The notes: a model not told the origin generated them from the letters alone. A DNA stretch of 64,000 nt from Pseudonocardiales bacterium (GCA_023252195.1 JAHEXI010000008.1:96980-160979); one strand, 5' to 3'; shown: positions 1 through 10,412, numbered from the stretch's first letter. Program-made: numbers and translations.

Positions 1-228
1 ACCTGCTACCTGCTGCTGTCCGTGGTGTTCGTGGCGGTGCTGGCCGCCTACGGTGGTGGTCTCGGTAACCGGTTCGGGCTCGCCGAGATCGCCATGCTGG
101 CCACCGCGACCTGGGTGCTGACGGTGTTGCTTGCGCAGGCTATGAGTCGTCGCGGCTACCGCGGGCCGGCTGAGGTGCTTCTTCGCCGCCTTACCTACGG
201 CGCACCGGTGACCGCGTCGCGACGCTAG
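1..228 (+). CDS. DUF418-like membrane protein, C-terminal part (runs off window)
   Basis: Hydrophobic C-terminus ending in [17 protein letters not shown], resembling the GPxEWLxRxLTY signature of DUF418. Confidence 0.6.
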   Translation, partial: TCYLLLSVVFVAVLAAYGGGLGNRFGLAEIAMLATATWVLTVLLAQAMSRRGYRGPAEVLLRRLTYGAPVTASRR

Positions 229-231
229 CCT
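226..231 (+). promoter_or_regulatory. Putative -10 box (TAGCCT) of a leaderless transcript
   Basis: TANNNT hexamer 7 nt upstream of ATG 239; no SD sequence. Confidence 0.5.
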
Positions 232-238
232 GACGACC

Positions 239-1009
239 ATGCCGACCGCGCTGATTACCGGTCCCACCGCCGGGATCGGGGCCGCCTTCGCCCGCAGGCT
301 CGCCGCCGAAGGCTACGACCTCGTGCTCGTCGCCAGAGACCAGGAACGGCTGCGGAAGCTGTCCGCCGAGCTGTCGCAGCGCCACGGGGTGACCGTTGAG
401 GTCTTGCCCGCGGACCTGGCCAGCGCTAGCGAACGGCAGCTGGTCGAACAGCGGCTGCGCACCGGTGACCCGGTGGACCTGCTGGTGAACAACGCGGGTG
501 TCGGACTCGGCACCGAGTTTCTCGACGCCGACATCGCCGATCTGCAGGCCCAGCTCGACGTCAACGTGACCAGCGTGCTGCGGCTAACTCACGCCGCGCT
601 GCCGTCCATGGTGGACGCCGGGCGCGGTGCGGTGATCAACGTCTCCAGCGTCTCGGCCTTTCTCCCCGGCCGTGGCTCTACCTACGGCGCGAGCAAGGCG
701 TACGTCACAATGCTCTCCGAAGGGCTATCAGTGGCGCTGGCCGGCACCGGGGTACAGGTGCTCGCGCTGTGCCCGGGTTACGTCCGCACCGAGTTCCATG
801 ACCGCGCCGGGATGGACATGACCGGCAGCCCGTCAGCGTTCTGGCTGGACGCCGACACCGTCGTCCGCGACTGCCTGACCGACCTCCGGCGCGGCCGCAC
901 CATCTCGGTGCCAGGCCTGAAGTACCGGGCCCTGGTGGGACTGGTGGACGTGCTGCCTCGCAGTCTGGTCCGGCGCCTGGCCGGGCTCACCGCGCAGGGC
1001 CGCACATGA
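239..1009 (+). CDS. Short-chain dehydrogenase/reductase
   Basis: TGxxxGIG, NNAG and YGASK motifs. Confidence 0.92.
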   Translation: MPTALITGPTAGIGAAFARRLAAEGYDLVLVARDQERLRKLSAELSQRHGVTVEVLPADLASASERQLVEQRLRTGDPVDLLVNNAGVGLGTEFLDADIADLQAQLDVNVTSVLRLTHAALPSMVDAGRGAVINVSSVSAFLPGRGSTYGASKAYVTMLSEGLSVALAGTGVQVLALCPGYVRTEFHDRAGMDMTGSPSAFWLDADTVVRDCLTDLRRGRTISVPGLKYRALVGLVDVLPRSLVRRLAGLTAQGRT

Positions 1010-1542
1010 CCCAGGCTCGGGTTCGACTGGCCGCGCTGGTCCGTCAGTTGGCGGTGGTGCACGGTCGGGTCACGCTGTCGTCGGGAGCGCAGGCCGACTA
1101 CTACGTCGACCTGCGCCGCGCCACGTTGCATCACGAGGCCGCGCCGCTGATCGGGCGGCTGCTCCGGGAACTGACCAGCGACTGGTCCTACCAGGCAGTG
1201 GGCGGCTTGACGCTGGGTGCCGACCCGGTCGCCGCCGCCGTGCTGCACGCGCCGGGACCGCCGGTGGACGCCTTTGTGGTGCGAACCGCGACCAAGCCGC
1301 ACGGGATGCAGCGGCGCATCGAAGGCCCCGACGTCGCCGGTCGTCCGGTCCTCGCCGTCGAGGACACCTCCACCACCGGCGCCTCGGTGCTCACCGCCGT
1401 GGCGGCGCTGCGCGAGGCAGGGGCCGACGTCGTCGGCGTGGCCACCGTGGTGGACCGCGACACCGGCGCCCGCGAGGCCATCGAAGCAGTTGGGCTGCCT
1501 TACCGCGCAGTCCTGAGCATGACCGACCTGGGGTTGCGGTGA
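1006..1542 (+). CDS. pyrE: Orotate phosphoribosyltransferase
   Basis: [26 protein letters not shown]-binding [12 protein letters not shown] overlap with SDR. Confidence 0.93.
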   Translation: MTQARVRLAALVRQLAVVHGRVTLSSGAQADYYVDLRRATLHHEAAPLIGRLLRELTSDWSYQAVGGLTLGADPVAAAVLHAPGPPVDAFVVRTATKPHGMQRRIEGPDVAGRPVLAVEDTSTTGASVLTAVAALREAGADVVGVATVVDRDTGAREAIEAVGLPYRAVLSMTDLGLR

Positions 1543-1761
1543 GCTAGGCGTTTCGGTGTCCGCCCAGCCGTAGATGATCTCCAGTCCGCGCAGTGATCAC
1601 CAGATGGGAAGAATCAACCGCGCTGAGCGCGGCTCATTCTTCCGAGATCGCGATCATGATCCCCATCGGTGCACCCGGCACGGCACCGCTCAGCGCGGCC
1701 GCCGGTCGGATCGAGTGCAGGATGACTAGGGTCGCCGTTGTGGGCAGCGAGTTAGCGGGTC

Positions 1762-2496
1762 TTGCGGGTTGTGGGGAGATCCGTGATTGATGGCATCGCG
1801 CCGAGGCCACCGCTGACCCACGAGCGCTACAGCACTGAACGCCACGCACAGCAGCCGCCACAGTCTGGCCCGACGGAGTGGGGCCAGCAGATCGGCGTCG
1901 GTCCCTGGCCGGGACCGTGGCCCGACGACGAACGCTACGATCCAGAGCTGCTGAGCGACGGCGACCGTCGCAACGTCGTCGACGCCTACCGGTATTGGCG
2001 CCGCGACGCGGTGGTTGCCGCGTTGGACGCCCGCCGCCACCCCGTGCACGTGGCGATCGAGAACTTCGGTCATGACCACAACATCGGCACCGTGGTGCGC
2101 ACCGCGAACGCCTTCGCGGTGGCCGAGGTGCACATCGTGGGCCGCCGCCGGTGGAACCGCCGCGGTGCCATGGTCACCGACCGCTACCAGCACCTGCGCC
2201 ACCATGACGACATCACCGGGTTGCTCACACACGCCGCCACGGCGGAGCTGACCGTGGTGGCGGTGGACAACTCTCCGGGTGCACTGCGGTTGGAAACCGC
2301 CACCCTGCCACGGCACTGCCTGCTGCTGTTCGGGCAGGAAGGCCCTGGCCTGACCGCCCAAGCCCGCAAGGGGGCCGCGTTGACCGTCTCGATCGCCCAG
2401 TTCGGCTCCACCCGGTCGATCAACGCCGGGGTGGCCGCCGGGATCGCCATGCATGCCTGGATCCGCCAGCACGCCGACCTCGGGACAGCCTGGTGA
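1762..2496 (+). CDS. TrmH/SpoU family RNA methyltransferase (start uncertain)
   Basis: NIGTVVRTANAF, LFGQEGPGL and SINAGVAAGI SPOUT motifs. Confidence 0.9.
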   Translation: MRVVGRSVIDGIAPRPPLTHERYSTERHAQQPPQSGPTEWGQQIGVGPWPGPWPDDERYDPELLSDGDRRNVVDAYRYWRRDAVVAALDARRHPVHVAIENFGHDHNIGTVVRTANAFAVAEVHIVGRRRWNRRGAMVTDRYQHLRHHDDITGLLTHAATAELTVVAVDNSPGALRLETATLPRHCLLLFGQEGPGLTAQARKGAALTVSIAQFGSTRSINAGVAAGIAMHAWIRQHADLGTAW

Positions 2497-3539
2497 GCGT
2501 GTGGGCGGCCCGCGCGGCCGCCGCGGAACGCGCGGTGCACACCCGGCACCTGCACTGGCTGTGGAGCCTGCCGGACACCCGGTTGGGACGACCCGGCTGG
2601 CCGGGACGCTCAGCGCACTGGCATTACTGGTGGCAGGCGCACCTGCTGGACTGCACGCTCGACGCCTACCAGCGCGCCCCGACGCAATGGCGGCGCGACA
2701 CCTCCGCCGCGCTGGTCCGCGGGGTGCGGGTGCGCAACGTCACCGGCTGGGTCAACGACTACTTCGACGACATCGCCTGGCTCGGCCTGGCGTTGCAGCG
2801 CAGCGCGACGCTGGCTGGGATCCGCAAGGCGGGCGCGGAGCAGGCCATCATGCGCCGGCTGCGCTTCGGTCGGGGCCCGAGCGGAGGGATGCGGTGGCGG
2901 GTCGGCGACGATTTCATCAACGTCCCGGCCACCGGGCCGGCCGCGATCTTCTACGCCCGCCGGGGCAACCTTGGTATCGCCGCGTCGCTGGCCAACTGGA
3001 TTCTCGAGCAGCTGATCGACCCGAGCACCGGCCTGGTCTTCGACGGGGCGCGGGTGAACCCCGACGGCTCGGTGCGCACCGTCGAGCGCGCGCTCTACAG
3101 CTACTGCCAAGGCGTGTTGCTGGGTGCCTGCATCGAGCTGGGCACCGCCACCAGTGACCCGCGCTGGTGGCAACAGGCCGACCGAACGGTGCACGCGGTC
3201 GCCGGGCACCTCACCGATGGCGGCGTGCTGCGCGGGCACGGCGGCGGCGATGGTGGGCTGTTCAGCGGCATCCTGGCCCGCTACCTCACAGTGGCCGCAA
3301 CGGCCCGGCCGGCCGAACCGTCCAGCAAGATCGCGACGCGACTGGTGCTGGACTCCGCCGAGGCGGCGTGGCGCAACCGGGGCGTCGCCGACGGCGGTCC
3401 GGTATTCGGCCCGCAGTGGACGGTTGCCGCCCAGCCGCCCAGCCCGGATCGCCCCGAGGGCGACCTGTCCGTACAGCTGTCGGGGTGGATGCTGCTCGAG
3501 GCTGCCGCCGTGCTGTCCCGCCGGCCCGAGCTGAGTTGA
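2493..3539 (+). CDS. Glycoside hydrolase family 76 protein
   Basis: WHYWWQAHLLD, NDYFDDIAW (catalytic DD), YSYCQG, GDGGLFSGILARY. Confidence 0.85.
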   Translation: MSVWAARAAAAERAVHTRHLHWLWSLPDTRLGRPGWPGRSAHWHYWWQAHLLDCTLDAYQRAPTQWRRDTSAALVRGVRVRNVTGWVNDYFDDIAWLGLALQRSATLAGIRKAGAEQAIMRRLRFGRGPSGGMRWRVGDDFINVPATGPAAIFYARRGNLGIAASLANWILEQLIDPSTGLVFDGARVNPDGSVRTVERALYSYCQGVLLGACIELGTATSDPRWWQQADRTVHAVAGHLTDGGVLRGHGGGDGGLFSGILARYLTVAATARPAEPSSKIATRLVLDSAEAAWRNRGVADGGPVFGPQWTVAAQPPSPDRPEGDLSVQLSGWMLLEAAAVLSRRPELS

Positions 3540-3542
3540 CTG

Positions 3543-4580
3543 GTGGAGATCGTGGACGCGCAGCGGCTGTGGTCTGCCCAGCCGGGTTGGCTGAACACAG
3601 CGAGCTACGGGTTGCCGCCAACGCCGGCGTGGGACGCATTGCAGTCCGTACTGGCCGATTGGCGGTCCGGACAGACCAGTTGGGAGAAGTGGGGCGAGGC
3701 GACCGACCGCTCGCGGGAATCGTTCGCGCGTCTGGTTGATGTACGCACCGACCAGGTCGCGGTCGGTGCGACCGTCTCGGAGCTGATCGGGTTGGTGGCG
3801 GCGGGCGCACCCGACCGCGCCCGAGTGGTGACCGCAGAGGGCGACTTCACCTCACTGCTGTTCCCATGGCTGGTCCACGCCGATCGAGGCATCGACGTGC
3901 ACACGGTCCCGGTGGCCAGCCTCGCCGACGCCGTGGACCGCACCACTACGGTGGTCGCGTTCAGCCTGGTGCAGTCCGCGACCGGCCAGATCGCCGATCT
4001 CGACGCCGTCGTGCAGGCGGCCCAGGCTCACGACGCGCTCGTCGTCGTCGACGCTACCCAGGCCTGCGGCTGGCTGCCGGTCACCGCCACTGGAATCGAT
4101 GCGCTGGCGTGCGGAGCCTACAAGTGGTTGATGTCGCCTCGGGGCAGTGCGTTTCTCGCCGTCAGTGACCGGCTGCGGGATCGGCTGCGCCCGCTGCACG
4201 CCGGCTGGTACGCCGGCGAGGACGTGCACGCCTCCTATTACGGACTTCCGTTGCGGCTAGCCCGCTCCGCCCGGCGGTTCGACACCTCACCCGCCTGGTT
4301 CAGCTGGGTGGGCACCGCGCCCGCGCTGGAGGTCGTCGAACAGATCGGTGTCGAGGCGATCCACGCGCACAACCTGGCCCTGGCCAACCGGTTCCGCGCC
4401 GGTCTGGGCTTGGCCGATGGTGACAGCGCGATCGTGTCCGCTGCCATTCCCGACGCTGACCGCAAGCTCACCGCAGCCGGTATCCGAGCAGCGACCCGCG
4501 CAGGTGAACTGCGGGTCTCATTTCACATCTACTCCACCGAAGACGACGTCGACACCGCCTTGAATGCCCTCACCGGCTAA
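3543..4580 (+). CDS. Class V PLP-dependent aminotransferase
   Basis: LNTAS, VDATQACG, PLP lysine in GAYKWLM, LRVSFHIY. Confidence 0.9.
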   Translation: MEIVDAQRLWSAQPGWLNTASYGLPPTPAWDALQSVLADWRSGQTSWEKWGEATDRSRESFARLVDVRTDQVAVGATVSELIGLVAAGAPDRARVVTAEGDFTSLLFPWLVHADRGIDVHTVPVASLADAVDRTTTVVAFSLVQSATGQIADLDAVVQAAQAHDALVVVDATQACGWLPVTATGIDALACGAYKWLMSPRGSAFLAVSDRLRDRLRPLHAGWYAGEDVHASYYGLPLRLARSARRFDTSPAWFSWVGTAPALEVVEQIGVEAIHAHNLALANRFRAGLGLADGDSAIVSAAIPDADRKLTAAGIRAATRAGELRVSFHIYSTEDDVDTALNALTG

Positions 4581-4625
4581 CGCTGGAACGACAGCGAGTA
4601 TGAAGGTGGCCCGTTCGGCTCGATC

Positions 4626-5021
4626 CTAACTCGAACGGTGATCACCAGATGGCGCCTGGCTGAGGTCGACTATGCAGAACGGATTGCCGTCCGGGTCTCC
4701 GAGGACGATGAAGTCCGGCTCCGGCGGATACAGCCCCCAGTCGAGCTTGCTTGCCCCTAGTCCGACGAGCCGGTCAACCTCGGCTTCCTGCTCGGCAGTG
4801 GTGTCCACGAACAGGTCAAGGTGGATACGCGGACGCGCCTCCACGGGCGACTCGCTGCGCTGTAAGCCGAGCGCTCGGCCGGACCCGTCTGCGTAGTACA
4901 GAGTGACCCAGTCGTCGCTCTGCCATTCCTCAGAGGCCACGAGGTTGAGCACCGCCGTCCAAAACGCAACGGCCCGGGGCATGTCGACCACACCGATCAC
5001 CGCGAACCCGAGTCTGAGCAC
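4626..5021 (-). CDS. VOC/glyoxalase family protein
   Basis: AVAFW, RIHLDL, DPDGNPFC; TAGGCT -10 box 7 nt upstream of GTG. Confidence 0.88.
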   Translation of the reverse strand: MLRLGFAVIGVVDMPRAVAFWTAVLNLVASEEWQSDDWVTLYYADGSGRALGLQRSESPVEARPRIHLDLFVDTTAEQEAEVDRLVGLGASKLDWGLYPPEPDFIVLGDPDGNPFCIVDLSQAPSGDHRSS

Positions 5022-5272
5022 GGCTTTGAGCCTAGGACTCCGCTTGCTCGGTCGCTGGCCAGCGCCGGCCCATGCGTTGGGGACGTGACTGACCGCTCAG
5101 CGATCCGCGACCGGACGGGGCAGTTCGCCTGGCCTCGGTCAGTAGGGCTGCCCGAGGTACCACTGGGAGGCAACCGTCCAGCCGCTGTCCGGTAACCCGC
5201 GCGCCTGGGAGACGAGGCACAGCGACCGCGCGGATTGCGTGTGCCGGTAGGCGAACCCCCACCGGCTGTCTC

Positions 5273-5968
5273 TCAGCACGCGCGGGAGTCGAGGTAGCGG
5301 AGCAGGACCACGTTCCCGATCTGCCGGGTCTCCGCGAGTGTCATCGGATGCGCGGCGTCCTGGGGGAATTGGCCCGGATGCACGAAGCGGGGGGCACCGA
5401 CGTCACCGACGAAGAACGGCGCGATCACGAGGTGGAGCTCGTCCACGAGTCCGGCAGTGAGGAACTTGGTATGGACGGTGCCGCCACCCTCCACCATCAG
5501 GCGCTCGACCTTGCGCTCGGCGAGGTCCTCCAGCACGACACCCAGATCAATCGGCGTTCCGGCACCGACCACGGTCGCGACCTTCCCGAACGCCTCACGA
5601 AGAGCCGACACTGCAGGATCGCGCGTATAGATGAGCTTTTCGCCGTCACCCGCGAAGAAAAACCGTGCTTCGGCGTTCAGATCACCACTAGCGGTCAGCG
5701 TCACCTTGATGGGATGCGGAGCAACGCCGCGGCGCACTCGCTCCTGCTGGCGCTCCAGGGAGCGGATCAGCAACCAGGGATTGTCACGGCGGATCGTGTT
5801 CGCCCCCACCAGAATGGCATCCACACTGGCCCGTACCTCATCGACCCGATCGAAGTCCTCATCGTTGGACAACATCAACCGAGCATCGCGCATATCGTCG
5901 ATGTAGCCGTCGACGGACATCGCCACCGAGAGCAGAACATACGGACGTGCTGTCAAGGTGGCACCCAT
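5273..5968 (-). CDS. RibD C-terminal (dihydrofolate reductase-like) family protein
   Basis: AMSVDGYI, DAILVGANTIRRDNP, LMVEGGG, VDELHLVIAP. Confidence 0.88.
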   Translation of the reverse strand: MGATLTARPYVLLSVAMSVDGYIDDMRDARLMLSNDEDFDRVDEVRASVDAILVGANTIRRDNPWLLIRSLERQQERVRRGVAPHPIKVTLTASGDLNAEARFFFAGDGEKLIYTRDPAVSALREAFGKVATVVGAGTPIDLGVVLEDLAERKVERLMVEGGGTVHTKFLTAGLVDELHLVIAPFFVGDVGAPRFVHPGQFPQDAAHPMTLAETRQIGNVVLLRYLDSRAC

Positions 5969-6189
5969 TGCCGATCTCCGACTATCTGCCTGGAAGCGTG
6001 CCCGGCGTCGGTGGTGTCGAGGCCCGCGCCGCGAGGCACACTGCGCCCATGGGATCGCGACGCCATGATCAGGTTTCTGCGCGAGATCCTACTCGGTGCC
6101 GCTAGCCTGGAGGTTCCTCGTCATCGGGATTCACGCCCCGGGGTAGCTCCCGGGGGCCTCGGTGAGGGGCCGGGGAGGAGTGGGCTCTC

Positions 6190-7436
6190 ATGGAGGTTGA
6201 GGAAGCACGGACGATCGATGTGCGTGCTCGCACGATCCGCCGTCGTCGCGGGCTTAGTCTGGACGTGGCGGCTGGGCTGGCTGGGATCACTAAGGGCTAC
6301 CTATCGATGCTGGAACATGGCCAGCGCGGGTTTAACCGCCGTGGCTTGCTTGAGGATTTGGCCGCTGCGCTCGGCTGTTCAGTGGTCGACCTGACCGGCC
6401 AGCCGTACCTGCCACCTGACCGGACCTCGGCCGAAACATTGGCGGCGCTGCCCGGTATCCGCGAGGTCATCTACGACTCGACCGTGGACAAGGCGCCTCA
6501 AGTTCAGGTCCGCCCGTCGAGCAACTCGGCGCCGCGGTCCGGCGCGCAAATGAGTTCCGCGACGCTGGACGCTACGGCCCTGCTGCGCGCGAGTTGGGAG
6601 CCCTTCTAGCCGAGCTGCACGCATACACGTCCGCTGGCGGCGATGCTGGCCGGGCGGCGTTGCCGGTCTTGGTGGAGGCTTGCCACGTGGCCGCAGCGGT
6701 ATCCGAGGTGGTCGGTCACCAGGATCTCGCCCTGGCTTGCGCGGTGCGTGAAGCCGACGCGGCCGAGGCGCTCGGTGACGATTGCGCTCTCGCCTCGCTC
6801 TCGGCCCGCAGCCTCGGGCAAACGTGGTTGAAGGTCGGCGCCCGCAGACAGGCAGCGACCACCTTCGCCAAGGCCGTCGATGCGAGCACCAGCGCAGATC
6901 CAGATTCTGGGAACACGGCGGCGGCGGAGATGGCGGGCATGGTGCAGCTCGGTTCGGCGCTGCTGGGCGCCCGCACCGGCGACCGCGACGCAGTCACCAC
7001 CCACCTAGCCGAGGCTGCTTCGCTGGCCGAACGAACCGGCGAACGCAATACCCAGCTACAACATTTCGGTCCGATCAACGTGGCGCTGTGGAAGGTCGCG
7101 CTAGCCGTTGAGCTGGGAGACGGGACCGCCGTCGTCGAAGCCCTTGAGGCCGATCCCATCCCGGTGAAGTTGCTCGGTAGCCCGCTGCGGTCGGCCAACC
7201 TGTCGTTGGACGTTGCCCGCGGATGGGCGCAAGCAGGAGGGGATCGCGACGAGCGCGCGATACGTGCGTTGGACGCCGCCGATCGTGCTGCGCCCGCCAT
7301 GGTGCGCAACCATCCGCTCGCCCGCGAGCTGCTCGCCGATCTGTGCGGTCGCGTCCGGCGTCGCATGTGGGAGCTGGACAGCTTGCGGAACCGCTTCGAC
7401 ATCGACAACCAGGGTCCACGGAGTGCGAACAACTAG
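6190..7436 (+). pseudogene. XRE-family HTH regulator with helical C-terminal domain, split by a single-base frameshift near 6513-6516
   Basis: HTH in 6190..; from ~6513 the frame of ORF 6594..7436 reads PVEQLGAAVRRANEFRDAGRYG..ELGALLAELH, continuing the usual actinomycete XRE architecture. Confidence 0.75.
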
Positions 7437-7462
7437 CGCGATCTTCACCGCATTGTTGTCGG

Positions 7463-7708
7463 GTGAACGCAGCAGAGCCGCCGCCAGGAAGAGAGGATCA
7501 GTCCCTCACGCTCGGTGAGGCGCTGGCGAAGCTGTTCCTTGATAACGCCGACCGGGGCGCGAACGCCGCGAACGACGAGCTAATCGAAGAACTCCAGCAA
7601 CGAAGCCGGGCGCTCTGCAAGACCCGTAAAGGCCCCGACCGGCCGCCGGTGGAGCGCAGCCCCCCGTCAGCTCCTGGCGGCCGGTCGGCACCACAGTGGC
7701 CGCAGTGA
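7463..7708 (+). CDS. Small hypothetical protein (81 aa, GTG start)
   Basis: In frame with ORF 7223..7708; helical-looking core LTLGEALAKLFLD..NDELIEELQQR; lies between XRE and peptide gene. Confidence 0.35.
   Translation: MNAAEPPPGREDQSLTLGEALAKLFLDNADRGANAANDELIEELQQRSRALCKTRKGPDRPPVERSPPSAPGGRSAPQWPQ
7635..7688. other. Strong stem-loop upstream of the peptide gene
   Basis: CCGACCGGCCGCC (7635-7647) pairs with GGCGGCCGGTCGG (7676-7688); inner GGAGC/GCTCC. Confidence 0.7.
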
Positions 7709-7743
7709 TCCCGGCCCCGGCGCGGTAGAAAGGCGGTGATCAG

Positions 7744-7884
7744 ATGGGTGGCAACGGCAAGGACGATGATGCTGAGGCGAAAGACGGCGGCAGGCACGAT
7801 GTGGGAAGGGACGGCGAAACTGGTAAGACTGGCGATGATATTGACCCTAGTAAGTACGGAACCTATGAAAACGACGACGAGTGA
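7744..7884 (+). CDS. Putative RiPP precursor peptide, 46 aa: MGGNGKDDDAEAKDGGRHDVGRDGETGKTGDDIDPSKYGTYENDDE (absent from the ORF track)
   Basis: Translated by hand; SD-like GAAAGGCGGTGA upstream; TGA overlaps the GTG of the methyltransferase (GTGA 7881-7884). Confidence 0.75.
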   Translation: MGGNGKDDDAEAKDGGRHDVGRDGETGKTGDDIDPSKYGTYENDDE

Positions 7885-9047
7885 CCACCGACATCACCGC
7901 ACTGGCTGACACACTCCAGGCGAAGGGACATCTTCCGAACGACTGGGACGAGGCGTTTCGCTCGGTGTTACGGGAGCGGTTCATTCCGGACCGAATCTGG
8001 GTGGATGAGCACGACGACGGCCACGATGTCGCGCTGGACCGCGCCAGCGAGCCGCAACGGTGGCGGGCAGCGGTGTACTCGAACCGCGTGATCGTCACCC
8101 AGTTCGATGACGGTGACACGGTGTGGCCGGACGTGGGCTACCGGCCTACGTCATCGTGTTCGATGCCCTCAGCGGTGCTCGGGATGTTGGATGCCCTCGA
8201 CGTGCGTGCGGGGATGCGGGTGTTGGAGATCGGCACTGGGACTGGCTACAACGCTGCCCTGCTGGCCGCGCGCCTGGGTGATGAGCAGGTGGCCACGGTC
8301 GAGGTCGACCCGGTGCTAGCCGAGCAAGCCCGGTCTTCGCTGATCGCCATCGGATGCACATCGACGGTGGTTTGCGGAGATGGTGCGGCGGGTTGGCGCG
8401 TTGGGGCCCCGTTCGACCGGGTCATCGTGACCGCTGCGGTGAAGCTCGGCCGAGTGCCGTACTCGTGGGTCAAGCAGACCACTCCTGGTGGGGTTATCCT
8501 CACCCCGCTCAAGACCGACTTCACCACCGGACCGTTGCTGGCTTTCGTAGTTGGCCAAGACGGCACCGCGACCGGCCGTGCTGTGCCGCTGCGTGTGGCG
8601 TTCATGGAAATGCGGGCGCAACGCACCCCGGTGATTAACTGGGACGGTATGCGCTGGGATGACCCTGACGCTGACCTTTCTCATACTGACGTGATGCCAT
8701 GGACGACGCTGGGCAACGAAGCGCCGCGGTGGGCCACCGCCGTCGCCGTACCCTCGTGCCGCTACGAGCTGTGGCCACGCACGCCTGGTCGCAATCCCCG
8801 CCACGGCGTGGCGTGGTTGGGTGACCCGCTGTCGGGGTCATGGGCCAGCGTCATCCCAGCCGAAACCGACGACCGGTATGAAGTCCGCCAGAGTGGTCCC
8901 CGCCGCTTATGGGATGAGGTGGAGGCCGCCTACAGCTGGTGGCTGGACCAGGGCAAACCGACGTTGGACCAGTGGCGGTTCACCGTGTCACCAGATCGCC
9001 AGACGGCTACGGTGGCGACAATCGCTGACCACGGCGCTCTTCGTTAG
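7881..9047 (+). CDS. PIMT-like (protein L-isoaspartyl) methyltransferase with extended C-terminal domain
   Basis: RERFIPD, SSCSMPS, VLEIGTGTGYNAA, PFDRVIVT; C-terminal VRQSGPRRLWDEVEAAYSWW. Confidence 0.9.
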   Translation: MTTDITALADTLQAKGHLPNDWDEAFRSVLRERFIPDRIWVDEHDDGHDVALDRASEPQRWRAAVYSNRVIVTQFDDGDTVWPDVGYRPTSSCSMPSAVLGMLDALDVRAGMRVLEIGTGTGYNAALLAARLGDEQVATVEVDPVLAEQARSSLIAIGCTSTVVCGDGAAGWRVGAPFDRVIVTAAVKLGRVPYSWVKQTTPGGVILTPLKTDFTTGPLLAFVVGQDGTATGRAVPLRVAFMEMRAQRTPVINWDGMRWDDPDADLSHTDVMPWTTLGNEAPRWATAVAVPSCRYELWPRTPGRNPRHGVAWLGDPLSGSWASVIPAETDDRYEVRQSGPRRLWDEVEAAYSWWLDQGKPTLDQWRFTVSPDRQTATVATIADHGALR

Positions 9048-9063
9048 CCCGTTGCCCTACGGC

Positions 9064-9125
9064 TCCCGAGCTCCACAGCAGGGTTGCTCTGGCGGTCTCG
9101 GACAGCTCTGTAGTGGAGTTCGGGA
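9064..9125. repeat. Palindromic element family A, copy 1 (62 bp)
   Basis: TCCCGAGCTCCACAGCAG...CTGTAGTGGAGTTCGGGA. Confidence 0.85.
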
Positions 9126-9259
9126 GCTGTGGAGCTGTGCAGTGACTGCACCAACTCGTCGGTCAGTGGATTTCGGCGCCACGCGGGTTATCGGGCGGCG
9201 TGGTCGCGAGCACAGCGTCCGAAGCCGACCAAGCTCTCGCGGCTACCAGGGTTGGCTGC

Positions 9260-10319
9260 GATGCCGCCGTCGGCGGCGGACCTGCCCCGGCGCGCGGCCG
9301 AGTTGGTCGCCAGCCAGTTCGACAAGGTCGCCGCGGCGGCCGAGGGATGTGACGTGCTGGTGGCGACCGGAGTGATGCCGACCGCGGCCAGCACGCGGTC
9401 GGTGGCCGAGAAACTGGGCATCCGCTCCGTGTCCGTGACCTTCCAGCAGCTCACCCTGCCGTCGCCGCACCACCCGCCGCTGGCGTATCCGGGCCGGCCG
9501 TTCCCGCCGGAGGTGACCGACAACCGGGTGCTGTGGGACCTAGACGCCCAGAACATCAACGCGCTGTTCGGTGCGGCGCTCAACACGAACCGGGCGTCGA
9601 TCGGCCTGCCACCGGTGGACAACGTCCGCGACTACGTCATCGGCGACCAGCCGTGGCTGGCGACGGATCCGACCCTGGATCCGTGGCAGGAGACGGCGGA
9701 CCTCGACGTCGTGCAGACCGGCGCGAGGATCCTGCCCGACGTTCGCCCACTCCCGGCTGAGCTGGTGGCGTTCCTGGACGCCGGCACACCACCGGTGTAC
9801 GTGGGCTTCGGCAGCATGGCAATGCAGACCCCGGCACTGCGCGCCCCGAAGGACATCGCCCGGGTGGCCATCGAGGCGATCCGCGCGCAGGGCCGCCGCG
9901 CACTCGTCTCCCGCGGCTGGGCCGACCTGGCCCTGATCGACGACCGGGACGACTGCTTCAGCGTCGGCGAGGTCAACCAGCAGGCACTGTTCACCCGGGT
10001 GGCCGCCGTCGTGCACCACGGCGGCGCGGGCACCACGACGACGGCCACCCGGGCCGGCGCACCTCAGGTGGTGGTACCCCAGGCGGCAGACCAGCCGTAC
10101 TGGGCCGGCCGGGTGGCCGACCTGGGCATCGGCACGGCACACGACGGTCCGACTCCGACCACCGAGTCCCTGTCAGCCGCGCTCAGGACGACCCTGACCC
10201 CCGAGACCCGTGCCCGAGCAACCGCCGTAGCCAGCACGATCCGCACCGACGGAGCAACGGTGGCCGCGACGCTGCTGCTCGACGCGATCAGCCGGGAAAA
10301 GCCGCCAGTGCCCGCGTGA
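9260..10319 (+). pseudogene. 5'-truncated GT1 glycosyltransferase (Rgt/Gtf-like)
   Basis: GCDVLVATG, PPVYVGFGS, VAAVVHHGGAGTT, DQPYWAGRV; N-terminal GSRGD segment is not in frame. Confidence 0.7.
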
Positions 10320-10412
10320 ACCACGCGGGATCGTCGAGCCAGGGAAAGTGCCCGGCGTTCGCCAAAGCGCTAAGGAGGGGGTTGCGCCACGCCGGGAACG
10401 TAGGGTCAAGGC

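Noticed and set aside
5032..5262. 76-aa ORF between the VOC and RibD-like genes
   Set aside because: No recognisable motif or RBS; likely intergenic or a remnant
9047..9075. LPYGSR reading as the missing N-terminal YGSRGD of the glycosyltransferase
   Set aside because: Different frame, no GD follows, and the SR codons belong to the family A repeat arm; probably coincidence
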